Below are positions 1 through 9,827 of a DNA stretch of 64,000 nucleotides, in pieces. Origin of the DNA: an uncultured Muribaculaceae bacterium. GTDB taxonomy: Bacteria > Bacteroidota > Bacteroidia > Bacteroidales > Muribaculaceae. Every line of letters starts with the position of its first letter. The first letter of the stretch is position 1. The notes beneath the pieces are model-generated. The model had not been told where the DNA came from and searched no databases. It saw only the letters and a list, made by a program, of their open reading frames with translations. The DNA is taken from positions 24,493 through 88,492 of the forward strand of contig CAJUAF010000011.1 in NCBI GenBank assembly GCA_910584365.1, read 5' to 3'. The position numbers and the translations under genes are program-made.

Positions 1-544
1 AGCCAAGCCAGAATCCATGTATAGCGGGAGAAAGAATTCGTTGTCAAAAAGGCATAAGGCTGTAATTCCGAGCGCAAGGGTAATAATGACAAGAATTGGC
101 GTGTTATGAATTAATTTCGTCAAGATGAAAAACCAGACATTAGCCCAAAACAGAGCAAGAAGAAACCACAAGGCAATATTCACCAATGTTTTGGATGTTA
201 TGAACGAGTAGAAAGGGACATCTATTTCCACGCCCAATATAAACCGTCCGACCGCATACAGGATGTAGCCTATACTGTAAAAGAATAAGAACGGAATGAT
301 GAGGCGGTTGACTTTTTTTAGAACTGTAGGTATAAATCCTCCATAGTCCTTAAAGAAGATTCCTGATAGTGTGAAGTAAAAAGGCATCCGCAGCATACCC
401 AAGCAAGGAGTGTTCACATCTATCTGGTCCGTAGTGTGGAAAAGAACTACAAGCAGGATACAGAATCCTTTCGCTGTATCGATAAAATTTATGCGCTTAG
501 GTCTAATTCTTTGATTTACAGCGTTTTGTGGGGGGGGGTAGCAT
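1..544 (-). CDS. Acyltransferase-3 (OafA/YrhL-like) membrane O-acyltransferase; runs off the window's left edge; start ATG is out of frame because of a C9 tract
   Basis: My manual translation of the minus strand is open from 570 to 1: KRINFIDTAKGFCILLVVLFH...LRMPFYFTLSG...KKVNRLIIPF...NIALWFLLALFW, typical family motifs. Not in the ORF track. AT-rich. Confidence 0.85.
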
Positions 545-688
545 GGGCGTGTATGTAATAAAAATATGAATTATTATGATTAAATAACGATGGCTGACAT
601 CAATTATTGTCCACAATCTGACTGTGGATTAGCATGGATATGGATTATCTCGCTGATTTGCAAATTTTTTCCGAAAGAGAGGGACGTA

Positions 689-719
689 AAGAAAAGGCTG
701 GCGCTCCGCGCCAGCCTCT
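689..719 (-). terminator. Intrinsic terminator after the 818..2992 gene
   Basis: AGGCTGGCGC-GGA-GCGCCAGCCT followed by TTTCTTT on the minus strand. Confidence 0.8.
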
Positions 720-817
720 TTGGTGGAATCCCCGTTAGCAGGGGAAATCTGACTTGTGTGTTTCAGGGGTGCTTAAACCAGAAATGAATCACTTGCTTTG
801 GCTGTGATATATCTATT

Positions 818-2992
818 CTATTTACCTTCGCTGTAAATTAGTTTGGAGACGGAGGAACCGCGGCGCACGATGTAGATATTGCCTTCTATGGGAGCGGCTG
901 CACGAATTCCCTCGATGGTGAAGTACTCGGCTGGAACGTCGGCTCCGGTGTTGAGGTCAATGACGTCTGTGCCGGAGACGATGGGGCCGGTCTTGGCGAC
1001 AGTTATGCTGACCGGAGAGGGAGCGATGGCGCCGTTCTTGGCGACATACAGGGTGAGGGCATCGGCATTGGAGAGGTCCATGTAGTGGTGTTCGGCGGCG
1101 CTGGTGAAGGAGTAGCCTTCGGGAACGCTGACGCGGAGAGAAACAGCATTTGCAGTCTCATCTGTCTGTGCGGCCCCGGCCTTGTAGTATGCGCCGATAC
1201 CGGCGGTTGTGGTGCTGGAGAGTTGTACGGAGCGGTAGACACTGTTGCTGGTCACGTCCTTGGGTCCTGTCCATGTACCCTCCCGGACAGGCCCCGTATA
1301 GAATACGTTCCCCTCATTGTTGACCAGGCCCAGTTCAAGGCCCGTGGAGGAGGGATATATTTCAATGGGAAGACGGGCTTCAAACGAGCCGTCGATATAC
1401 GGACGGGAGGAATTGTTATACTTGACGACGAGGTTGTAGAGACCCGAACATGGGAGACTGGAGAGGGTCAGTTCTGCGGTGGAGAAGTCAGTCGTCCCCT
1501 CCGGGAAGATGACACACTGCACGTTTGCCTGGCCGTCGGTATAGTTGCCGTCGGGGAGGTCTGTGCCCTCGGTTATAACGAACTCCTGCGCGGGTTCGAG
1601 CGTGGCGGTGTAGAAGACCTGGGATGCATCGCCCAGCTCGACGCCGGGTGCCGAGAGATGCAAGGTGTATGTGCCGTCATCCTCGCTCCAGGCAAATGCG
1701 GTATTGCCGGTGAGGTTATAGTCGGGTCGCATGGCGTTGATCGTCAGATAGAGTGTGGGTACATTTAAAGTGTAGTCTGGTCTCGAAGTTGCGTCGAGGC
1801 TTGGCTGGAGAGGATATTCAGTCGATGCGTCGCCTGAGTTTTCTGCGGAGAAATAAAAGCCTTCGCTGACGGGTGTCGTGGCAATCGCAGGATTAGGGCA
1901 GGATACAGAACTGAGATTTTTCAGGCTTTTTATTTCCTGTGGATTAACAAGGGTGATGGCCCCCGTTGTTTTATTTTTGGCTGCAATGTTGAAATATTTC
2001 AGTCCGGGGTTCCAGTTGACCTCAAACCGGTCGTAGACCGAAGACTCTACTACTTCGCTTTTGCTCCCGTCAAAGGCAGGCGCGTCCGGATCATAAGCCT
2101 GGCCGTATACCCAGACATATTCTAAGTCCTCCTTGACGGTGATTGTTACAGACTTCGAGCCTTCGTAGGTATAATTATAAACATAGGCTGTGAATTTGTA
2201 TTTGCCGGGAGCGGCGCCTTTGAAGATTGTCAATATGTTTCCGGAAATACGGTAGTCCGAAGAGGGCTGCTCGCCGTCGGCGACTATATTCGGCGTACCG
2301 GCTTGAGTGTGACTCGCTTTAATTGTGAACGAATGTTGTTCAGTGTTTATTACGTTTGAGCCGGATGGTGTAAGCGATAACGTGGTTGATTGTACACCGT
2401 AGTATGTCGGGGCGCCACTATCCTTGTCTATGAAAAGGTAGAGCTTTTTTTCACTGTCGGTTGTGGGGTCGGCGAAGAGGATTTTCCCGTCGATTAGCTG
2501 CAGCTCTTTGCCTTCGTAATGGATCGTGCCGTTTTTGCCGTACTCGAACTTGACCTGGACTTTCGCGGCAGCAGTTTCTACACCTCTTGTCAAAATTGCC
2601 CCTTCGTCGGTTATTCCGCTGAAAAAGCAATTGTTGGAGCTTTGTTTAAATTTTAAGATATAATCGGACCCGCTTTTTTGGATCCGCAGTTTCTCGAAAT
2701 CGGTGTTACCAACGAGAAAGACACCTTTAGCTTGTCTTGTGACTGCTTTTTGTACGGCTTCGACTGTTGTTGGATTTCCGTAGGTTATACTATAAAAAGT
2801 AGGTGAACTGTTTTCTGCATTCTCGGGGTGAATCAGGTAGTAATTAAACGTAGCCGAACTTGTTACAGAGGTACTCGACGGAACTACCGGGAAGTCGGAT
2901 TCGGCAGCGACCATGATGGAGTGGCTTGCGGAGACTGTTTCGGGGAACGCGATTGCGAATACCCCAACGATTAGGAGTAAGATTTTCTTCAT
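818..2992 (-). CDS. Secreted multi-domain hypothetical protein with T9SS-type C-terminal sorting-like domain
   Basis: 724-aa ORF; signal peptide MKKILLLIVGVFAIA; C-terminus SGTDVID...EYFTIEGIR...GNIYIVRRGSSVSKLI. Confidence 0.75.
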   Translation of the reverse strand: MKKILLLIVGVFAIAFPETVSASHSIMVAAESDFPVVPSSTSVTSSATFNYYLIHPENAENSSPTFYSITYGNPTTVEAVQKAVTRQAKGVFLVGNTDFEKLRIQKSGSDYILKFKQSSNNCFFSGITDEGAILTRGVETAAAKVQVKFEYGKNGTIHYEGKELQLIDGKILFADPTTDSEKKLYLFIDKDSGAPTYYGVQSTTLSLTPSGSNVINTEQHSFTIKASHTQAGTPNIVADGEQPSSDYRISGNILTIFKGAAPGKYKFTAYVYNYTYEGSKSVTITVKEDLEYVWVYGQAYDPDAPAFDGSKSEVVESSVYDRFEVNWNPGLKYFNIAAKNKTTGAITLVNPQEIKSLKNLSSVSCPNPAIATTPVSEGFYFSAENSGDASTEYPLQPSLDATSRPDYTLNVPTLYLTINAMRPDYNLTGNTAFAWSEDDGTYTLHLSAPGVELGDASQVFYTATLEPAQEFVITEGTDLPDGNYTDGQANVQCVIFPEGTTDFSTAELTLSSLPCSGLYNLVVKYNNSSRPYIDGSFEARLPIEIYPSSTGLELGLVNNEGNVFYTGPVREGTWTGPKDVTSNSVYRSVQLSSTTTAGIGAYYKAGAAQTDETANAVSLRVSVPEGYSFTSAAEHHYMDLSNADALTLYVAKNGAIAPSPVSITVAKTGPIVSGTDVIDLNTGADVPAEYFTIEGIRAAAPIEGNIYIVRRGSSVSKLIYSEGK

Positions 2993-3106
2993 AAGCGAAT
3001 TAAGATATATGATTTGTTGTAGAGAAATTTGCTTTAAGAGATTGGAAACGATGGATTTATACTACAAATTAGGTTGGTAGGCTGTCAAAGTCCAAGGAAT
3101 TCCTGA

Positions 3107-3159
3107 GCAAATATACGACAAATAATTACCCCCCAATTATTTAACCTCTGTTAACATTG
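3107..3159 (-). promoter_or_regulatory. Promoter copy A: -7 box TATATTTG, -33-like ATTG, G6 tract in an 18-nt spacer
   Basis: Matches the Bacteroidota TAnnTTTG consensus; near-identical to 11772-11825. Confidence 0.7.
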
Positions 3160-3375
3160 ATAGGTGGTTTATAACTTTATTTTATAATTTTACAAGATAA
3201 TGCACACATCGAGCCAGTTTCAAGATCGTCTAAGGAACGTATCAAAAATGCGGATTCAGAAAAAGCTCCGCCGGGGGGTACAGAACACCGCCGCCCAGAG
3301 GAGAATACACCGGAGGGTTGGGGCGACGGCTGATTTTTTAGAGGGGAAAATGGAGCTTTTTTCGGGGATTCTGCG

Positions 3376-3383
3376 TAAATTTG
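3376..3383 (+). promoter_or_regulatory. -7 promoter box (TAAATTTG) for the ftsB-dapB operon
   Basis: TAnnTTTG about 70 nt upstream of the ftsB start. Confidence 0.55.
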
Positions 3384-3453
3384 CAAAAGATGTCATTCGG
3401 GACGTATTTTCCGGAGGGATCTACGTAATCAAGGTAGAATTTAAGAAAGATTT

Positions 3454-3768
3454 ATGATGAAGAATTTTCTCTCCGGAGCCTGGATATGGAGCCGCCGCTA
3501 TATCACCCTGCCGCTTATAATAGCTGTGGCATATATCGTGTTCGTGCTGTTCTTCAACGAAAACTCCTATTTCAAGAGCGTGGAATATCAGGCGGAGATT
3601 GACCGTCTGGAAGCGGAAATCAAGGAAAACAACGACTCCATGAACTATTACCGCAGACTGAACGCGTCGCTGACAGCCAGCTCGGAGGAACTTGAGCGTA
3701 TCGTGCGTGAACAGTATCATATGCAGCGCCCCAACGAGGATGTCTACGTATTTGAAAAAAGCAAATAA
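3454..3768 (+). CDS. ftsB: Septum formation initiator FtsB/DivIC family
   Basis: One TM helix, coiled coil, LERIVREQYHMQRPNEDVY motif. Confidence 0.85.
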   Translation: MMKNFLSGAWIWSRRYITLPLIIAVAYIVFVLFFNENSYFKSVEYQAEIDRLEAEIKENNDSMNYYRRLNASLTASSEELERIVREQYHMQRPNEDVYVFEKSK

Positions 3769-3774
3769 ACCATA

Positions 3775-4230
3775 ATGGACAAGAACCGAAAAGATAAATC
3801 CCCGCAAGGGAAAACCTATACCCTGGAGGAGCTTCAGGGCCGTCCTCCACGCACTATCTGGGCTGTCATCGCCATGCTGGGACTGATTACAATCGCCGTC
3901 GGCACCCTGTTGCCGATATTCGCCGTCAGAATCGGCCCGGACGCTGTCAGCTGGTGGAAATATGTATATGCCGCCGGAGCTGTCTGTTTCCTCCTGGGAA
4001 AACTTTTCTCGCCTTACACGGGGATTCATCCCCGCATCAAGCGCCTCTATCGCATCGAGGCGTGGAGTGCTGTGTTTTTCTGTGTGGCCGCGTTGTTCCT
4101 TTTCCTTGACATGAACACGATGCGCGACGTATGGGCCTTCACCCTCGCCGGGGGCGCGTTGCTGATTTTCACTACCATCGCTATTCCCCGCACGGTCAGC
4201 AAGACCCTAAAAAACCAGTCTAAAAAATAA
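3775..4230 (+). CDS. Conserved hypothetical membrane protein (about 4 TM)
   Basis: 151-aa ORF tightly packed between ftsB and dapB; hydrophobic segments. Confidence 0.7.
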   Translation: MDKNRKDKSPQGKTYTLEELQGRPPRTIWAVIAMLGLITIAVGTLLPIFAVRIGPDAVSWWKYVYAAGAVCFLLGKLFSPYTGIHPRIKRLYRIEAWSAVFFCVAALFLFLDMNTMRDVWAFTLAGGALLIFTTIAIPRTVSKTLKNQSKK

Positions 4231-4255
4231 ATCGCCAGACAACTACTTCCCAAAG

Positions 4256-4990
4256 ATGAAAATAGCACTTGTTGGTTACGGCAAGATGGGTCGCGCCGTA
4301 GAGCGTATCGCCCTTGACCGAGGGCATGAAATCGTATGCCGCGTGGACGCGGGGGAGGATGCCCTGATTGATTCCACCGAATTCCGTTCGGCCGATGTTA
4401 TCATTGAATTCACCACTCCGGCCACTGCCGTCGATAATTACCGTCGCTGTCTCGCTACGGGAATCCCCCTTGTATCGGGAACAACCGGATGGCTCGCCAG
4501 GCGTCAGGAGGTGGAAAAGATGGTCGATGAGTCCTCGGCGGGATTCTTCTGGACCTCGAATTTCTCCATAGGGGTGGCGCTGTTCCAAAAACTTGCCGTA
4601 GAGGCTACGCGCCTGATGGACGGTTATCCCGAATACACCCCCGAGATGAAGGAAATCCATCATATCCATAAACTCGATCATCCTTCGGGAACAGCTGTAT
4701 CGACCGCCGAAGCCATGATCGGCGCCTCCGGGCGCCTGGATGCCTGGACTGAGAATCCCGATGAAGCCGCCGACGCTTCCCGTCTGCTTATCAGGCATGA
4801 ACGCGAGGGGGAAGTGCCCGGAACGCATATCGTAAGCTGGACCTCCGCGGTGGACCGTATCACCCTGGAACACCGGGCGTTCTCGCGCGAGGGGTTCGCC
4901 TTCGGAGCCGTGCGGGCCGCCGAATGGATGGCTGCCAACCGTCCGCGCGGTTTCCGTTCGATGCCTGACCTGCTGGGTTTCTCCCTCTGA
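4256..4990 (+). CDS. dapB: 4-hydroxy-tetrahydrodipicolinate reductase
   Basis: GYGKMG Rossmann motif, GTTGW, EIHHIHKLDHPSGTA. Confidence 0.95.
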   Translation: MKIALVGYGKMGRAVERIALDRGHEIVCRVDAGEDALIDSTEFRSADVIIEFTTPATAVDNYRRCLATGIPLVSGTTGWLARRQEVEKMVDESSAGFFWTSNFSIGVALFQKLAVEATRLMDGYPEYTPEMKEIHHIHKLDHPSGTAVSTAEAMIGASGRLDAWTENPDEAADASRLLIRHEREGEVPGTHIVSWTSAVDRITLEHRAFSREGFAFGAVRAAEWMAANRPRGFRSMPDLLGFSL

Positions 4991-5099
4991 AGAATCTGAA
5001 AAAGGAGGAGAGTACCCTGTCTGTCTTTTCGTCTGCCCTCTCGTCGTAGATATCCTTCATACTTGCTCACTCGTCTGTCACTCTTTTAATTATAGTTAT

Positions 5100-6887
5100 A
5101 TGAAGAAAATTTTATCTTGTGTAATGTGCGCGTTGGCGTTAACAGCCCTGGATGCCCGGGCCGACAGCGACGAAGGTACGCTGACGGTTGTTCTCGAGGA
5201 GGACTTCTCGCTGATGACCGCCGGATCGGAGGACGCGCCCGATCCTGCTGCAATCGAGGATGACAATTACTCTGTCCCCGCCTCTCTCACCCATCTTCCC
5301 GGATGGCAGGGCTACTATCTCCATCAGGCCGGTGGAATGCTCTATATCGGACTGGATGATTCCGAAATCGAATCGGGCGCCCTCAACACTCCCCGGGTGG
5401 ATGTCTCGGCCGCGGCGGGAGCTTTCACTGTCAGGTTCCGCGCCCGCTCCGCAGCAGGTTATGATGACAAGATTTACGTGGCGAGCAAAATCACTGCCAG
5501 CGACTATGTAAGCAAGGAAGTGAAGGTGACTCCTCAGTGGGCCGACTATACGGTTATGTTCGAGAACGGCACCGCCTCCACCTATGTCCTGTTCACTCCC
5601 TGGCTTGACGCGATACTGATCGATGACATACGCCTGGAAGTGCTGGTACCCTATGTTGCCGCCCCGAAGGATCTGGCGTTCAGCAACTATACCGTTACCG
5701 GTTTCGATGCTTCCTGGAGCCCCGTGGAGGGTGCCACCGGTTATCTGCTCAACCTCTTCACGAAGGATGCCTCCGGCAACCGTGTGTATTATAAGGAGAA
5801 TCTCCCCGTGGAGGGCACTTCCTGTGAGGTGCGCGACCTCCCGACGGCCGACTCATACTATTATTTCACGGTCCGCGCCACCGATGGAACCCACAACTCC
5901 CCGGAATCGGCTGAAATGGCCGTGGAGGGTCTGTTGCTCCCCGTCCTGGAAGAGGAGACTGCCCTGACACCGACCGGTTTCACCGCTTCGTGGAAACCGG
6001 TGGAACACGCCCGGTCCTATCAGTTCATCGCCACCCGCGAGCATACCGCTACCGAAGCCGGCACCTACGCGCTGCTGGAGGAGAATTTCGATGAGATAAC
6101 CGAGACAGCCACCTCGGAATACGACTATACGTCGGTTCCCCAGCTGCCGGGATGGACTATCGCCAGCGCCAAGTATGTCCCCGGCGCCGTAGGTGTGAAC
6201 TCGGCTAACGGTCAGTACGGCACGGACGCCTGGATTCAGTCGGCCGTATATGATTTCTCCAAAAACAACGGGGACGTCCATGTGAAACTCCGCGTCTACT
6301 GCACATATAAGACCTCCAACAAGTACAAGTCCACCGTTTACCTTGGTATGCACACCTATGACGAGTCAATCGGGCGCTACCGCATGGTTGAACGCAAGGA
6401 ATACAAGGATGTCGGAGCCGACGGAATCGTTATCGACGAAATCCTCAAGGGTGGAGGCTCCCGCTCGCTGCTGATGCTCGAGCCGGACGGCTATGCCGAT
6501 ATGTTTGTGGATGAAATAACCGTGTCGCAGGACCTCCAGGCCGGTGATGTCGTGGAGACAACCGCCGTCTCGCGTTCCGTCACCGAGCCCGTTATCAAGG
6601 TCGAAGGACTTAAACTTCTCCCCGGTGACAGGGTATGTTATGTTGTCCGCGCTGTGGGCCGTAATTCGGGCGATACCCGCACAATCTATTCCGACTACAC
6701 CGAACGCCGCTATGTCGCCCTCCCGCAGGCTGGCGTAGACACGGTGGTGACTACTCCTGAAGACAGTACTGTCACGGTCTACAATCTCCAGGGAATCCGC
6801 ATCCTCAGCAATGCCTCCCCCGAAGAACTCAGCACCCTCCCCGCCGGCCTCTATATCGTCAACGGCCGCAAGCAGATTATCCGGTAA
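5100..6887 (+). CDS. Secreted fibronectin type III-containing protein with T9SS-type CTD
   Basis: Signal peptide; Fn3-like TGFDASWSPVEGATGY and TGFTASWKPVEHARSY; CTD VYNLQG...LPAGLYIVNGRK. Confidence 0.8.
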   Translation: MKKILSCVMCALALTALDARADSDEGTLTVVLEEDFSLMTAGSEDAPDPAAIEDDNYSVPASLTHLPGWQGYYLHQAGGMLYIGLDDSEIESGALNTPRVDVSAAAGAFTVRFRARSAAGYDDKIYVASKITASDYVSKEVKVTPQWADYTVMFENGTASTYVLFTPWLDAILIDDIRLEVLVPYVAAPKDLAFSNYTVTGFDASWSPVEGATGYLLNLFTKDASGNRVYYKENLPVEGTSCEVRDLPTADSYYYFTVRATDGTHNSPESAEMAVEGLLLPVLEEETALTPTGFTASWKPVEHARSYQFIATREHTATEAGTYALLEENFDEITETATSEYDYTSVPQLPGWTIASAKYVPGAVGVNSANGQYGTDAWIQSAVYDFSKNNGDVHVKLRVYCTYKTSNKYKSTVYLGMHTYDESIGRYRMVERKEYKDVGADGIVIDEILKGGGSRSLLMLEPDGYADMFVDEITVSQDLQAGDVVETTAVSRSVTEPVIKVEGLKLLPGDRVCYVVRAVGRNSGDTRTIYSDYTERRYVALPQAGVDTVVTTPEDSTVTVYNLQGIRILSNASPEELSTLPAGLYIVNGRKQIIR

Positions 6888-6925
6888 TCTTGTTCCTCTT
6901 GCGGGGTAAACATATAGAAAACAAT

Positions 6926-6967
6926 GCATAAAGGCGATGTGCCATTTTCGGCACATCGCCTTTATGC
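6926..6967. terminator. Hairpin between convergent genes (probable bidirectional terminator)
   Basis: 18-bp perfect stem GCATAAAGGCGATGTGCC / GGCACATCGCCTTTATGC. Confidence 0.75.
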
Positions 6968-6987
6968 GGTTAAAGAAAGAGGGGGTA

Positions 6988-9654
6988 TCAGGGGATGCGG
7001 AGTTTGCGGACGCCCTGGAGGAAGGGGGAGACAAGCAGATAGAGGCCAGAGGGGAGAGCGGCAAGGGCTTCGGCGGGGAGGGAGGCGTGGAGGAGCTGCC
7101 CCTGGATGTTGTAGACACTTACCGCAGAGGGGAGCTGGCAGTCCATGCTGACGTCACTGATTGCGGCCGGAGTGCCGGGATCGGCGATCGGGGTGTTCAT
7201 GCTTTGGGCGCGGTTGGTCTCGGGAGCGTCCTGATTGTCGAAGGGGAGGTAGATTTCAAGACTTGAACGGAGCATCCGACCGGCGTTGAGGGCCTGGACC
7301 TCCTCGGCGTTGAGGGCCGAGCGGTAGAAGAATACTTCCGCAAGATCAAGTGTCCCTGCGGCAGGGGAAAGGGTTACTTTCGCGGGCTGGAGTTTTCCGG
7401 AAGTCTCCCCCAGGAGAGTGTTCCCGGCATAGAGGAGAGTGCGCCCCTGTGCATGATAATGGGTGAGAGTCAGGATTGTGGGTTCGGCGGCGGTCTGTCC
7501 CGAAATCGTGGCTCCGTCGGGGAAGGTGCAGGTGAGGGTTTCGCCCGAGAGAGTAAGAGTTATGTCGCCGTCGGCGGTGGCAATGGTGGCGAACTGACCC
7601 CGGGGGAGCGTCGTCAGGCCGAGTGCGAGGGTAAAGGAATGAGCGACATTTTCGGGGGCGAACTCGATTTTTCCGTCATGGTTGACGGTGAAATTGTTGC
7701 CGGTTGTCCGGACAGGGAGCGGTTTGCCTGCGTGGAGGGCATCGAAGAGCGAAGGGGGCATGGCATAGAAGAATTCCCGGTGACCGTCGGTGGAGGGATG
7801 GTAGATGTCGTCGCCGTGCTGGTAGCCGTCGGCCCAGTTGCCCGAGCCGTTGTCGATTGCGCCGAGGAGATTTATAGAGGGGACGTCCCACTCATGGATA
7901 AGAAGATTCATCCGGCGCACCCAGGCATAATCGTCGGCGTTGAAGTCGCCGCGGGTATAGTTGTTCATCACCACGGGAATTTTTTCCTGCTCGCGGGCAC
8001 GGGAAATGAGAGTCTGCATATTGTCGCGGAACTGATTGAAGACTTTTTCCTGGTCCTGGGCGCCGTGGATTCCCTCATTGCCCAGCGACACGCCGAAGAT
8101 TACGTAGCGGCCGAATTCATGGGTCAGTTCGCTGTAACGGTTCAGGAGATTTACGGTGTTGTTCCCGTTGATGGAGATGCCGGAAGTGTAGAAAGGATGT
8201 TCGGATTCCCCGTTGTCATGGCGCTGGCCGAGCAGTTGGCCGTACATCCAGGCATATCCCCGGTTGTCGTCTGCCCCCTCTCCGTTAGCGACCGAGGAGC
8301 CCATGACCGAGATGCGGCAGGGGTCGATTCCTGCGGGTGACTCGATACGGTAGACGAAGTCGCGCAGGTCGAGGGTGATGGTGTAGGTGCCGTGTTTGAG
8401 GCGTATGTCTTCCAGTGAATAACCGTCGGAGGCCATCCCGACGGATGCCTCGGTCCCGGCGATACGCTTCATCTGGTAGTTCCAGGATTTATTCATCACG
8501 AAGACAAAGCGCTCGGGATCGGAGATTGTCGACTCGCGGCTGAGACTGAGGGTGGCGCTCCAGACGCCGTTCCCCTGATAGTCGAGAAGGGCGTTGTCGG
8601 TCAGGGTCCATCCGCCGGGCACCACGCTTCCGGTCAGTCCCCAGGATGTGACGGGGACTACAGTCAGTTCGCCGGTAGCGAGATTTGCGCGTAGATAGGA
8701 AAGCTGTTCGGACTCGACGGCAGCCTCGCCGGCACCGGCGGTCAGTTGCCCTTCGGCGTCGGTGCCGAAACTGATGGTCGTGCCGTTGTCGGTCAGCGCT
8801 TCGATGGTGAAGCTGCCAGGCCTGAGCAGGGTGTACGCCTCGAAGATGCCGTAGTGCTTGCCGTCGGCGGTGACTTCATGCATGGGCAGGGGAGACCCGG
8901 ATTCGGTGGCTGTGCCCGTAATGGTGGCTCCGGTGAAGACCGGGGTCGCGTCGGGGCGCTGGCCGCCGGTCAGTTCCTCGATTTTCATCGCGTTCAGGGC
9001 AATGTAGTCCCCCTGTTTGCGCGAGACGGTGAAGATGATCTGTCCGTTGTCATCGGGGTAGACAGGCTCGGAAATAAGGATATTGGAAACGTTCTGGTTT
9101 ATTCCCTCTCCGCCGATGTTCGTTCCCGCCAGGGTGAGTTCTCCTGAGAAGAGGTTGATTCCCTCCATCTTGTAGATACCCGTGCGGGTGTCGCCGGCCT
9201 TCCGGGAGGCGAAAACCGAGAAGCGGTAACCGTTGGCTGGATTGAGCCCCGAGATAGTGAAGTTGCTGTTGTTCTCGCTTTTCTCGATGAAGAAATAGTC
9301 CTCCGTGGCTGTGGCTACTGCCAGGTCGCCGAGCTTCGCGGCGTCCGGTTCGAGCAGTCCTCCTCCGCCGCTCTTGCCGTTGGTGGAGAAGCGGGAGTTG
9401 AGGGTGATGACGTAGCCGGTCGGCTCATTGGCCGAGTTTACCAGATTGTCGTAGACCGTGCCCGAGGCGGCGTACTTGTTGCCGGAAGTATTGTTGGTGA
9501 TATTGTTCCAGCGGTTGCCGTTGCCGTCGGTTTCGGTGACGGTGCCCTGGGCTGCGGTAATCGAGCCGAAATCGAAGTATAGGGTCTGCTTCAGTTCTTC
9601 GGCCCCGGCCGTCAGCGACGCGGCGGCCAATAAGGATAAAAGGATTGTTTTCAT
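6988..9654 (-). CDS. Secreted multimodular SGNH/GDSL-type esterase with SusE/F-like binding module, LamG-like domain and T9SS-type CTD
   Basis: SGNH blocks: MGSSVANG, GINGN, SLGNEG, DIYHP; WGLTGSVVPGGW SusE/F-like motif; CTD VYNIQG...LPSGLYLL. Confidence 0.75.
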   Translation of the reverse strand: MKTILLSLLAAASLTAGAEELKQTLYFDFGSITAAQGTVTETDGNGNRWNNITNNTSGNKYAASGTVYDNLVNSANEPTGYVITLNSRFSTNGKSGGGGLLEPDAAKLGDLAVATATEDYFFIEKSENNSNFTISGLNPANGYRFSVFASRKAGDTRTGIYKMEGINLFSGELTLAGTNIGGEGINQNVSNILISEPVYPDDNGQIIFTVSRKQGDYIALNAMKIEELTGGQRPDATPVFTGATITGTATESGSPLPMHEVTADGKHYGIFEAYTLLRPGSFTIEALTDNGTTISFGTDAEGQLTAGAGEAAVESEQLSYLRANLATGELTVVPVTSWGLTGSVVPGGWTLTDNALLDYQGNGVWSATLSLSRESTISDPERFVFVMNKSWNYQMKRIAGTEASVGMASDGYSLEDIRLKHGTYTITLDLRDFVYRIESPAGIDPCRISVMGSSVANGEGADDNRGYAWMYGQLLGQRHDNGESEHPFYTSGISINGNNTVNLLNRYSELTHEFGRYVIFGVSLGNEGIHGAQDQEKVFNQFRDNMQTLISRAREQEKIPVVMNNYTRGDFNADDYAWVRRMNLLIHEWDVPSINLLGAIDNGSGNWADGYQHGDDIYHPSTDGHREFFYAMPPSLFDALHAGKPLPVRTTGNNFTVNHDGKIEFAPENVAHSFTLALGLTTLPRGQFATIATADGDITLTLSGETLTCTFPDGATISGQTAAEPTILTLTHYHAQGRTLLYAGNTLLGETSGKLQPAKVTLSPAAGTLDLAEVFFYRSALNAEEVQALNAGRMLRSSLEIYLPFDNQDAPETNRAQSMNTPIADPGTPAAISDVSMDCQLPSAVSVYNIQGQLLHASLPAEALAALPSGLYLLVSPFLQGVRKLRIP

Positions 9655-9719
9655 GAATTACTTTAAAGTTGGAAATTCGGTTTTCGGGGCGCCGTCTTCC
9701 CGGGAGGGGGACGCCGGTG

Positions 9720-9817
9720 CAAAGTTACAGCCCGAAAAAGCTCCGGCCAACCTCATGTAAAGGATAAAGTAATGGATATGAAGTGTAAAATCCCTTTATT
9801 TCAGTGGATTATGTAAA
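9720..9817 (-). promoter_or_regulatory. Esterase promoter (-7 TAACTTTG) with three upstream TGTAAA boxes at 28-bp spacing
   Basis: CAAAGTTA at 9720-9727; TGTAAA at 9756, 9784 and 9812. Confidence 0.5.
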
Positions 9818-9827
9818 GGCAGAAGTG

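Noticed and set aside
590..787. 65-aa plus-strand ORF, and the similar 11500..11706 ORF
   Set aside because: They run antisense across terminators and the conserved 3' element, with no protein similarity to each other.
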